A program made the translations under genes and the position numbers. From Catajapyx aquilonaris (taxonomy: Eukaryota): a stretch of 20,000 bases of DNA. Each line of letters opens with the position of its first letter. Within the stretch, counting starts at the first letter, position 1. The notes under the pieces were generated by a model. It had not been told where the DNA came from. It did no database searches and saw nothing but the letters and a program-made list of their open reading frames with translations. Positions 9,901 through 20,000 of the stretch are shown one piece after another. Where the stretch lies: NCBI GenBank assembly GCA_000934665.2, contig KZ538065.1, positions 116,378 to 136,377 of the forward strand. Direction: 5' to 3'.

Positions 9901-12311
9901 GCATAATATGGAGTGAGGCCTGAAATGGTGCCTATTCTCGTTATTTAAATGACGGCCTTTGTTCCGAGAAAGTACATGATAATTAAGGTATTAAAATCTA
10001 CAAAAGCTTGTTCTAAGGGTAGTCTACCACGAAATGAACACTACTCACTGAAAAGGTGTAGTTTTTTCTTTGTCAATTAAAAACAAAAATAACTACAATG
10101 TGTACATAAACAACACCCTACCATTCACCTTGGGCTCTTACTTAACATTGCAGTTAGCCTAAACTTCTGGGGTTATTCATACACTTGCATAAGCTGAATT
10201 ACAACAATGTGACAGTAGTGCCTGCTGTAATGATCTCAGGTAATCTAATAATGAAGCTCTGATTATGCGATCCATAAAGCGTATTCCTACAGTATTTACT
10301 TGGATCCATTGAATTGTGTGTAACACACATAAAACGATGCAGATTTTTATGACATTATGACGTTATTTAAGCCGAATTATCTGTAAACATTCCACCATAA
10401 AAACATAGACTACAGTACTGGAAATTGGATTCCACTGAATATCTAGATATTCAGTGGAATCCACATTTTTCATCTCCTTTCCTTGTCGCTTGTGGCACTA
10501 ATAACATGTCTTCATCCTCAATTTCGCATATATTTTCTTGTCAGTGAAACAATAATGTTTGCATGGACCTTTCACTCTCTCCTGGAGAGGGATTAGCATC
10601 GAATTAGCATGTGTTACCTCCGGGACAATACACCGCACCGGGTCTCCAGCGCAATGTGCCAAGTATGTGTCTCATATATCTCTTGTGTTCACAGCTGTTC
10701 TTCATCGTACGGAAGCGCTTCCAGCATGTGAGCAAATTGCACGTCATCCATCACACCCTAATGCCTTTCGGTTGCTGGTACTGCGTCAAGTTTTTCGCGG
10801 GTAATAATCATGGTCTATTATCATTTCAGTTTTTCCTTGCCAGTCACATGTCAGCTAATTGTTGTTAAAATTTTTTTTCCAGGAGGACATGCGGCGTTTT
10901 TGGCCTGCTGCAACTCGTTTGTGCACGCGGTCATGTATTCCTATTATCTCATAGCAGCTCTTGGGCCGCAGTACCAGAAGTATCTGTGGTGGAAGAGGCA
11001 GCTCACGATTTTGCAAATGGTAATTAGTGGAGTTGGGGTTTTAACAATTAGTTCTGGATTGAAGGTGAATTTTTTAAAAATGGTTGATTACACACACTTG
11101 CACACGTTCTAAACATATGAGCGATTGTCGATTACATAATCTGGGTGGCTCTCACCTCAGGCGTCCAGCTGATGATCTGGAATTTGTTTATGAAAGGGTT
11201 TCACAAATGGATATATCTGTAATGCAGGACAATCATAGTCATATTTGAACTATTTCAAAATTTCAAAATTTGAGCTTTAACAATGCTTAGCAATCCATTA
11301 TGGCATAATTACTTTAAAACCTGTTTGTATGGGAGAGGAACTTACTATGAATCTTTCTTCAACATGAGAGAGGAGGGACAAGGTCTATATTACATATACT
11401 CTAATTTAAATTTGACCAATAGTGACTCTGTTCTGCATTTCAAGTCTTCATTTGTACTCTAAGCAAGGTCTTTTCACTCAATATAATAGTGGAAGTTCCG
11501 TCATATTTGGAACAAGTAGTGCCCTTTTTAGTCCATAAAAACCCTTTCAAAATGAGTTAGAAAACCATAGCTATCTTTTGGGTAAAACTTTCACCTCAAC
11601 ATTTTAGACTTTTAGAGTGATGGGGAGAACCCTGTGGGGTGGGACTATGTGGGTAAAAATTATCAATCAGTGATAGACACACTAGCTGTTGTAATCCATC
11701 TTCTCAACCCATCTCTAGGTGTTGATTTTGTTTGAATTATTATATTAACTTGCTACACCAAGGTAAAGTGGTAAATATTTATTTAACACTTTAGTACCTG
11801 TGGTAAGGCAAGTCCCCCACTTCGTATGGTCATTGCCTTAACATAATAGCCCAAGCTTAACAGTTCATGGCTTTGGTTGAATCCAATTGAACAGGTGCAG
11901 TTTTTGGTGGTCATGCTGCACGGATCCCAGCTCTTCTTCATCGAGTGTGACTTCCCGCTGTATTACGGTTGGTGGTGCCTGGCAACTGGACTCCTCTTCT
12001 TCATCATGTTCTACGACTTCTACATCAAGTCATACGTACAGCCGCAGAAGAAGGTAACCTACAAAAGTTGGCCGCAGGTTCTCGCGCACTTTATCTCACA
12101 AGGCTTTTGTGTCTCGCTTTATTTCCAGGAGGATAAGGGAAAGAAGAAGCATGATAAGTCGCTCCAGAACGGAGGTTCTGTGTCAGGAAGAACTAACGGT
12201 GATGTACGACAAAGGAAAAGTGGGAAAGCTGAGGAGGAGGAAAGGTCCAACCAATCCATGCCTAACATTGGATGGGTGTGTGGACCAGGCCTGGACTCTA
12301 AGGACTCGTGA
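6861..12311 (+). CDS. ELOVL7: Elongation of very long chain fatty acids protein (ELO/GNS1-SUR4 family, ELOVL1/7-like); spliced CDS join(6861..6942,7953..8143,8291..8371,8724..8780,10695..10800,10883..11019,11895..12053,12129..12311), 996 nt, 331 aa
   Basis: Manual splicing at GT-AG sites gives one uninterrupted frame with all ELO family motifs in order: [43 protein letters not shown] (Kxx[E/D]xxDT), LHVIHH (HxxHH box), [26 protein letters not shown] (TxxQxxQ), FYDFYIKSY. Family call is secure; the symbol means ELOVL1/7-like clade, not proven orthology. Confidence 0.96.
7953..8143 (+). CDS. ELOVL7: ELOVL coding exon 2 (191 nt; [10 protein letters not shown]...NSWIFVE)
   Basis: Acceptor ttcag at 7948-7952, donor GAG|GTTTG at 8144; conserved ELO N-terminal motifs. 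Confidence 0.96.
8291..8371 (+). CDS. ELOVL7: ELOVL coding exon 3 (81 nt; [27 protein letters not shown])
   Basis: Acceptor ttttgttacag ending 8290, donor AAG|GTGAG at 8372; CQPVDYS motif. Confidence 0.96.
8724..8780 (+). CDS. ELOVL7: ELOVL coding exon 4 (57 nt; [19 protein letters not shown])
   Basis: Acceptor ttccattacag ending 8723, donor GTAAGT at 8781; Kxx[E/D]xxDT motif. Confidence 0.96.
10426..10463. repeat. Perfect 38-bp palindrome (19-bp arms, no spacer) in ELOVL intron 4
   Basis: TGGATTCCACTGAATATCT|AGATATTCAGTGGAATCCA, checked base by base. Confidence 0.97.
10695..10800 (+). CDS. ELOVL7: ELOVL coding exon 5 (106 nt; [35 protein letters not shown] + phase 1), catalytic His box
   Basis: Acceptor tgttcacag ending 10694, donor G|GTAAT at 10801; HVIHH at 10740-10754. 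Confidence 0.97.
10883..11019 (+). CDS. ELOVL7: ELOVL coding exon 6 (137 nt; [22 protein letters not shown]...[14 protein letters not shown])
   Basis: Acceptor ttttttttccag ending 10882, donor ATG|GTAAT at 11020; NxxxHxxMYxYY and LWWK motifs. Confidence 0.97.
11895..12053 (+). CDS. ELOVL7: ELOVL coding exon 7 (159 nt; [21 protein letters not shown]...[15 protein letters not shown])
   Basis: Acceptor gaacag ending 11894 restores conserved LQMVQF; donor AAG|GTAAC at 12054. Confidence 0.93.
12129..12311 (+). CDS. ELOVL7: ELOVL coding exon 8 (cytosolic tail EDKGKKKH...PGLDSKDS*)
   Basis: Pyrimidine-rich acceptor tctcgctttatttccag ending 12128; in frame; hydrophilic K/N/G-rich tail typical of ELOVLs; TGA at 12309-12311. 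Confidence 0.82.
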   Translation, partial: EDKGKKKHDKSLQNGGSVSGRTNGDVRQRKSGKAEEEERSNQSMPNIGWVCGPGLDSKDS

Positions 12312-13294
12312 GGGCCCCAGGAAAAATTAGGAGGAACAAAAATGTGGATTATTATTATTTTTTACGCAGGTTCAGGGTATTTCAAATAGGCATTCCACGA
12401 GAGGACATTATCTTAATTTGCTAAATCATTTCTTGAAACACTTATGTGAGATGAACTACTACCTCAGCGAGATCTGAGTGGAGGGTTGAGTCATTTATTG
12501 TTGGGTATAATTTGGGGCGCATCACAATAACACAGCAACACAGAACACAATGAACGCATGTTTCAGGATCAAAGATTTAGCAAAACAAATACTCCCTGTA
12601 TTTATGTGCACATCGCACATGGGATGTGATTTATTTCTAGCTCTTTGCACGGCATACGTTGGATACCAAAGTGCAACATGATCGTTTACTCTCCGTCCTG
12701 TAAGCAGCACTGGGCAAAATGTTTCAAAACTTTGCTCGCGTGAAGTGCTATCAAGCAAAGACAACATTTATGATGCATTGTGATATTTACAAAGTGTTGC
12801 AATGCACACTGAGGTGGCTTGGGTTTAATAGTTTGACGTCACAAAAAAATGTATTCCTGTATGAGAGCTGAGATTGTTTAGCTGTCTTTCCCACGATAAA
12901 ACCTTGAAATAATCCGAGTGCTGATCTGATGTTCCCAAGGGTACCAATTGACGCAAACTGTCAAGCTTTCTCCTGTGGAAAAAGGCGACGATGATGTTGA
13001 TAAAAAGTGCCCACAAGTATTACTTCACTGTCAAGAAAGTGTTAGCTCAAATGCAGTATATTTCTTGTAACATAAAATGACCAATACAGATTTTAACCTG
13101 ATGTGACAAGTATTACTTTACTCGATCCAGTGATTTAAACATGGTCCTCTGAGGGAACTTAATTATCTAGTGCATTTACATTTCAGAAAAAATTATCATT
13201 TTGTGGCATAATTATGCAATGGTAGCTTCTGAAGTGTATAAGATTCAAATTATACTTTAGTGTCACGGTTGAAGCAATCTACTCATTAAATGCA

Positions 13295-13376
13295 TGCATG
13301 ATATTTAACATGCAATCAAAGCAGCAATAATATTTAAATATTATTGCTGCTTTGATTGCATGTTAAATATCATGCA
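13295..13376. repeat. Perfect 82-bp palindrome (41-bp arms, no spacer)
   Basis: TGCATGATATTTAACATGCAATCAAAGCAGCAATAATATTT|AAATATTATTGCTGCTTTGATTGCATGTTAAATATCATGCA, checked base by base. Confidence 0.98.
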
Positions 13377-14343
13377 AGGAATCCAGGTCGACTAATTAGA
13401 ACTTATATACAGACTACAGAGCACATGCTCATGTATTATGTAATTTTGTAAATGTTTTTCACACAGTAATAGTTTAATACAAATTCATTACAGATCACAT
13501 ATCGTTATACAACTTCATCATGTTTGATGAAATGCGTATATCCTTGTTAAAATGCGATGATAGCAGTAGGATATATTATAAGCCTCACGACTAAAATAAT
13601 GAGTGAATATTTGAATCAGGAAATTTTTGCAATCATTTATGCTAAAATCGTAACGGCAGACTCATGTTTTGCAACAACTGTTGATTTTTACAGATATGTA
13701 TATTTCAGGCAAGTATACTCTTGTGTTCTCTCTCCTCCGTACAATGTCAGGTGAACCAATAATTGAGACCTCGGTGTCAAGGTTCATTCCAATGTGTTCA
13801 CAGGAGCAAGCGAGAAAAAAAGGTAATGAAGTATTGCGCAAGGAGATGTTGTAGGAAGTATCGTGCAAAAATGCATAAGTATTTTATAGCATGCGTGACC
13901 ATTACCTCCGGCACACATTAAGGTCAAATTTTTCGAAGCCTTCCTCTCCCTGACTTTTAACGCGGAAGCTGTTACATGGTAATCATCATTGTGTTAGTGA
14001 GACAATCGGTTGCCTTCTTTTTGCAGCAAGTTGTATTGATGCAGCACTTTTGGATTATTTGTTTGTGGGAATGTGTTCTAAAAGAGCAACATAATAATTG
14101 CTGCGTCTGTTTCATGCTGTAGTCCTACGCAACGTTGTTGATTATTATTTTCCACTGCCATACCTTTCATCAGCAATCTCCTGTTTTAACTGTTCCAGAG
14201 TAATTATCAACAATCGTCAACTCGTCACCCAACTTGACCCTGCGCTAAAAATAATGTAGCTTTCACTCCCTGACACATTACGCATTCACACCTTCCAACT
14301 CAACCAATAATGGTTACATCATGCTGAACCTTCTAATGAGCAG

Positions 14344-14349
14344 AATAAA
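14344..14349 (+). terminator. Candidate polyadenylation signal of ELOVL
   Basis: First AATAAA I found after the stop codon, followed by T/GT-rich sequence; a variant ATTAAA occurs earlier at 13285-13290. True 3' end unknown. Confidence 0.25.
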
Positions 14350-17300
14350 AAGCTATTGTATGTCATTGCAGACCATTGAGTCGATATTATTTATGTTGTA
14401 ATTATAATAATTAAAAGCGTTGCTTTTGTGATATTGACATTTCATCATCTCAATCAGAATTATAAAAACAATCTGTCTCCGGACCTGTCCATTAACATAT
14501 TCCTATTGAGCAGAGGTTTTATTGTTGAAGGTGTGCAAGTACAATATAATATAACTTGACAAAAGCTGTGAAAAAAATCTGAAAAAGTTTTGAGACAATT
14601 GGTTGTCAAAACTCAAAACAATCAGGTAGGATGAATCAATGGAGAGTTTAGGCACAATACCTTAGAAACCTGTGCCACCAGAATTTACAGCAGGAGTATT
14701 GCAAAACGACATGATACAATGTAAAATAAACCCTTTCATTACAAAGTGTACAACATATAATGGTTGTCCTTTAATTAATTTGCCTTTACAAAATGCAGAG
14801 TCTGTAAAACTACTTTTCTGTTGGAAGAGAATTCCGTGGGACCATTTCTATAGAAATTCATAATGTGTCTTCTATCGGTCTGTACTTTTAATCCAAAATG
14901 ACGTACATTTAAAGTCCCTAATGAACAATACATTCTCACGCGGGCTGAAAATTTAGGGAGATGCAGATTTTACGTCATGTGATAGTATTTTCCCCATTTT
15001 TGAGAAAAACATCATTGGTGCTGTAACCGGGGATTCTACATAAACTTACAAAAATTACTCGCGGCATGCAAACTAAGGTCTGACGTCATAATAAGAAGCT
15101 ATTAATTATTGTTCACTTAGGTAGGCGTATGTATGTGAGCACGCACATGTTCCTTTCTGAGATGATTCCACTAGCCTTCTTATCTAAGGACAGTGTAATA
15201 ATTTTATTGATACATTATGGTAATTACCTATCAAATTATTGAGAATGACCTGCGTTTTCTTACGCTTTCTTCTATTAAGCACGGGAATAACCCAAGATGC
15301 GCACATCTGCGTGTTTTTTAAAATACGCATCGCATAAAAATGGATCGTAATATGGAACAATTATAGCACGACAAAACAATGTTATGCATGAAGCTTAAAA
15401 AGTACAGCAGACCAATCCTCTACGTGAAAGTTATACACTGTCACTACTTAGTAAATGTCATGTTACTGTCGTCTCCTCATGTTTTGTGCAATTTCAGTCT
15501 TTCTCGCGGAGAGTTAAGGACAGCGATGAACTGTCGAATGAAGCAGCTACGACCAGGTTTACACCTTCAGAGGTAAGTCACAACCTATCCTAACCATCAC
15601 TACAATAGTCTTTTGGAACCGTAGTTTCCCACCTGAATTTTATGAAAAGTAGATGGCATGATGACAGTTACAATCAAGAGTGATAGACTACTGTTGGAAA
15701 AATAATGTAAGCCAAGAAAATTCTTGTACCGGAATTGATGCTAGTACATTCACGTAATCGTAAAAAAAAGGTAACGAGATTGTGGTTGACTAATTACAAG
15801 GACCTCATCAGTGCAAAAAAATAATAATCCTGCCCACCTCGTTGAAGGTGACAGTAACAAGCTTCCTGAAGAAAAACATCGCCTTGGGGAAGGCACAATG
15901 CCTGCAGGAAGGTTTTCGCTAACTATAGGAATGATTTATAGTATCACTGCACATTTTCATACGGCTCTAATGAATGCACTTAAAATCGTCACTCTCTTGT
16001 GGAAAATCTCTGTACAGTCCTAAGTATAATAGCTACTGTCTACTGGATCCGAGCCAATTCAAAGTTAATTTACACGTTTACCTTGCCCCTCGCCCTGAAC
16101 ATGCATGTCAAGAGCGTTTAAAAAGCTGGAACATTAGAAATCGCTCCCAAAAATTTCCCACCTCTCAAGGAATTTGAATGGATTTTTGACATAATAGAGC
16201 ATTACCCAAGTGCCTAGTTTGTGAGAGGACACAGAATAAGATGCTTTGAATTGACGCTTACTTGCTGATGGCCACGTTTCTCCCAGAAAAGTGACAGTTC
16301 CCTGGAGAAATGTTCAGGAAAAAAATATCCCACGAAGGATGATACAATATTCAAACACAAACCTTTCATATTTTGAAATCACTCCATTGTGACTCTGATT
16401 TATTACCAAGCTTGTTGGAAGCAACATTAAGTTGTCGTGAATGTACTGTACGTTGCTTGCCACGGTAACCAACCCACAAAACCTCCTTTCTTAGACCAAA
16501 TCTGTGCACAACCTGCACATTTCACCATTTTAGAAAAACTTGGCCCAATGCTCATTACACGCTACAAAAATATGTAACAGAGAAAATTCTCCTGCTCACC
16601 ACGCGAATCCTCATGAAAAGTAACATCAAGGACATACTTGCACTTTCAACCCAACCTGCTCATCTGCCTGTTAAGAACGACTTATTTTTCCTCCAAAAAA
16701 AATCGCCATCACTCTCTACTGATCAGGCAATTTACATGTAGCATTAAGTTAGCCACAGAGATGGCCTTATCTAAATATATCCTCCTCCTTCTTCCACGGT
16801 GTGTCTCCGATAGGATGAGCAAAAAGGGGAAGGTCATCACGCCTTTCTCGGCCATCAGCCTCCATCACTTTGTGTTGTTAGCCACCTTCTGGTCGTGTGT
16901 GGAAAACGCCAGCGTGTGGCGGCCGCACAAGTGTGTCAGAGGGCCAAGGAGGAGGTCGCCCGGGGACCATACCGCTTCCAGTGATAAGGGTGAGCCCCAT
17001 CAATAGTGTACCATTGGAAGAATTGAACGATCGGATGGGACAAGAGCATTTTTGTGCATGGCTGAAGCTCCGATTCAGTGTGGGGGATTTAATATTATAG
17101 GGATAGTGTCTCTCACCCTTGAATTCACGCGCCACTTGCCAGCAGAATCCTGTTGGAGCAATGCAGGTGGTGAGATGTCGTATAGAGGAGGAGGAGGCTG
17201 TGCTGCAGGCGGGTTTGTCCTCGAATCCTACTTTTGAGGGACGCACTTGGCGGGGAGGTAGTTGGGAGGTGAAATTGGACCGGTGTCCGGTAGCTTCTGG

Positions 17301-20000
17301 AATGTCTTCGGATAATTCGGCGGGTACGCTATTCGATGGGATGATGGGCCCCCGATTAGATGTAAGCCACTTTCATTTCGTGGGGGTGACTTATTCAGCT
17401 TGCAGCAGGATATGGGAGGTGGAGTATCGCATAATGAAATTATAACGGAGTGTAAATTTTTTTTGCAAATTGATTGTTTGAATGCGTAAGTAGAATTTTC
17501 GCGAAAGAGTAAAACAGAAAATAATACACTACAACGAAAATAATGAGAATAACAATTCATTTTTCTTTGAGACGATATAAAATATTCGTATATGATTTTT
17601 AAATAGACGTTTTGCATTCAGCTGAACCATTTAACAAATGCAGCCCACTGTCGGAATCTAGATATCAATGTGAATCAGTATTATTTTCCCCTGTAGTAAT
17701 AGAGAGAAGAAATATTGAAATCAACACCCAGGGATGTAATTGCTGCTTATTTTTAAATTAAGCTTGAAGTGAAAAGCACATCACTTACATAATGAGCAGC
17801 GTATGTTCAGTCGGAAGTTCTGTGCATTTATCAGACACGATAAAAACATTTTTTACTGCTTACCTCACAGGCATTTTCCTGCAGGGGAACTATGCCTTAT
17901 ATAACTAATCAGAGAGTGAGTTTGTTTTGTGTACAGTACACATTACAGAATACACCTTATTATGATGCTCTTCAGCGTAGTAGAATTGTTTAAAAATATG
18001 CTTCGGTTATGTCATTATTGTCGCAATTCTTACTGCTCTTATAGGGTCCATATGACTGGAGGCAACAATTACGTGAGAATTATTTTTTAATCGGATGTAA
18101 CTATGTAAGGTGGAGCGTAACGTCATATGCAATCGCGACCTTGAAATAAAACAAGACGGTATGCTCATTTATCATAGCAGCCGTTAACTCCAACAATGAT
18201 AGATGTTCTCATTGATTGTCTCCTGTCGCCCTTGAAATTTGCTTCGAGTCACTTGCATTTTTTTCCTTACAGAGATTAATTCACTTTTTCCCCCATTGTC
18301 TTCTCTCCCCCATTTATTCTTGCAACTTTTTCCTGCCTGATAGGCACATACGCAATGCCAAATAATACAAATCTATTACAAAATGTTGAGGCCACGTGGA
18401 AAAACTACGACCGCAAAATGAGTCGGGTGCAGACCAAGTGCAGAGCAGATATAGGTTAGGTTTGTCAAATTTTGTAATGAGGCAGTCCCCCAAAACTTTC
18501 TCCCGTGTCCTTTCTTTGGACAGTAGCTCGCACTGCTCCTCAAGTGCAACACAACGTAAAATAATTGTTGCGCCATGTTAGGCGGGGATGTGTATAGTGT
18601 CGTGCGGCAGAATTTCACCAGATAACAGACACGCAACCCAGTGTTCTTTGGAGCACCACGCCCATAAGGTTCCCATCCAAATGCATCTCGCTGCACATCT
18701 GTAAGTAGACCTTGCCTGTATTTTGGTTGCCAATTGCCTTTTTTGGGGGGGTAGAAATATTTCGAGACCGGATTTTTATGCGAAAAGGGAGAGTGAACTT
18801 GGTATTTGGTAAATATAGTGTTGAGAGAAGATTAGCTGACATTTTCGTGAAAACTTTTCACATGTACTTTGCATTCGTGATTATTAAAATATTGCGTGTG
18901 ATTAAGCCTTATTTTTAAAATTGTTTTGAAGTAAACACAACCAGTAAACAACGATCCGGCTACAACGTTCAGTTCAAAATGCTCAAGTACAATATTTTTA
19001 AAATGTGAACAAATTTGAAAATGTACGATGATTGTAACCTTCAAATATCGCTTATTGTTTATAACAGGATCTACTGATCATGTCATACGAATTTCCTAAT
19101 ATAGATGCTAGGATAGTAAAAGATAGTGCTCTTATCACACCACCTCATTTTCGATATGATGTGTTAGACCCTTCAGATGAGGCTATGAAAATAATGAATG
19201 ATTTAATCCAACCTTGTCCTAATTTTTACTATAGAAGCGATGACATTAAACTCATTCCTAAAAAATTCTAGCCTCCTTTTAATTCCCACTTGCCAATTTA
19301 CTAAGACGTACAGGCATAATGAGTATTCTGAAAATGTGAGTCACAGGACACTGCACAATACTAAAAATGTAACACCGTGCACTGAACCATTGCTAGTAAG
19401 AAGGCGTTAAGAATAACAATTAATACAGTTAGTAATGCAAGTATTCGAAAAAAAATTGCGTCGTGTGCCTACAGTAAATCGTAAAAACCTGATGTCGCAC
19501 CTGATTCCCATTCGTAAACCTGCAGTGCATTTTGTTGCTCAACAAAGTTTTAAAAAAACACTCAAATTTCATCGCACAAAATTTATATGTTCAGTTCTCT
19601 ACCGTCATAATCTTCCTACCAAGCATAACAAACATCATTGCGCAAGTAATTGACTAACTTTCCGGCTCTGTAATGTTGTGATTGCATACCGATGTCTCCG
19701 TACATTTCATATACAGGTGTAAATTTAGACCATGGACATTTCGTCATCCTTTTGACCCCTTTAAAAGCCATTGGGCGGAACCGGTTTTGAACATATTTAC
19801 GTTTCAACCACGTCAAAAAAATGGGCTCTCAAAAAAGTGTATGTACCAAGTGCAAACTTGCTGGGCGGTCACCCTAATAGTGGGCCAAAATTCCGCAAAG
19901 GGCCAAAGGAGCAAGGCTGTTGCGTCGCGTCGGGGGGTGATAGGTACGGGTAAAAAAAAGTCGAAAAAACTCGTCGAGTCCATCCCTAAGGCAAATGCCC

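Noticed and set aside
10545..10662. Possible mutually exclusive alternative to exon 5 (118 nt, same phase, donor only 32 nt before the exon 5 start)
   Set aside because: Begins with in-frame TGA, has another stop and no similarity to the His-box exon.
12309..12392. Stop-codon readthrough of ELOVL
   Set aside because: TGA-G context, not the leaky TGA-C(TAG); short unremarkable extension.
1145..15088. Three TGACGTCA (CRE) octamers at 1145, 12834 and 15081
   Set aside because: Scattered, none near the candidate promoter; no functional support from sequence alone.
16082..16667. Several 30-44 nt minus-strand AG...GT micro-exon candidates
   Set aside because: Do not join into a recognisable protein; such sites arise by chance in AT-rich DNA.
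1..20000. CRISPR arrays, operons, phage or defence systems, rRNA
   Set aside because: No regularly spaced repeats or dense ORFs; spliceosomal introns show this is eukaryotic nuclear DNA.

Overview
Eukaryotic, AT-rich, intron-containing genomic DNA from an invertebrate animal (arthropod-like by protein motifs; species not determinable), with one assembly gap (N 280-426). The only firmly supported gene is a complete plus-strand fatty acid elongase of the ELOVL1/7-like (arthropod AAEL008004-like) group: 8 coding exons from 6861 to 12311, all introns GT-AG, 331 aa, intact HxxHH box. Upstream are a candidate TATA+Inr promoter with a non-coding first exon carrying one uORF, a minus-strand tRNA-derived SINE (~4068-4327), a probable second truncated SINE and a possible MITE end. 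The most unusual sequence-level observations are two perfect spacer-less palindromes (38 bp in intron 4; 82 bp about 1 kb after the stop) and a 75-nt stop-free in-frame last intron. Downstream there are a few orphan exon-like segments of uncertain status. I found no convincing evidence of a new multi-gene system, and no prokaryotic features (CRISPR, operons).
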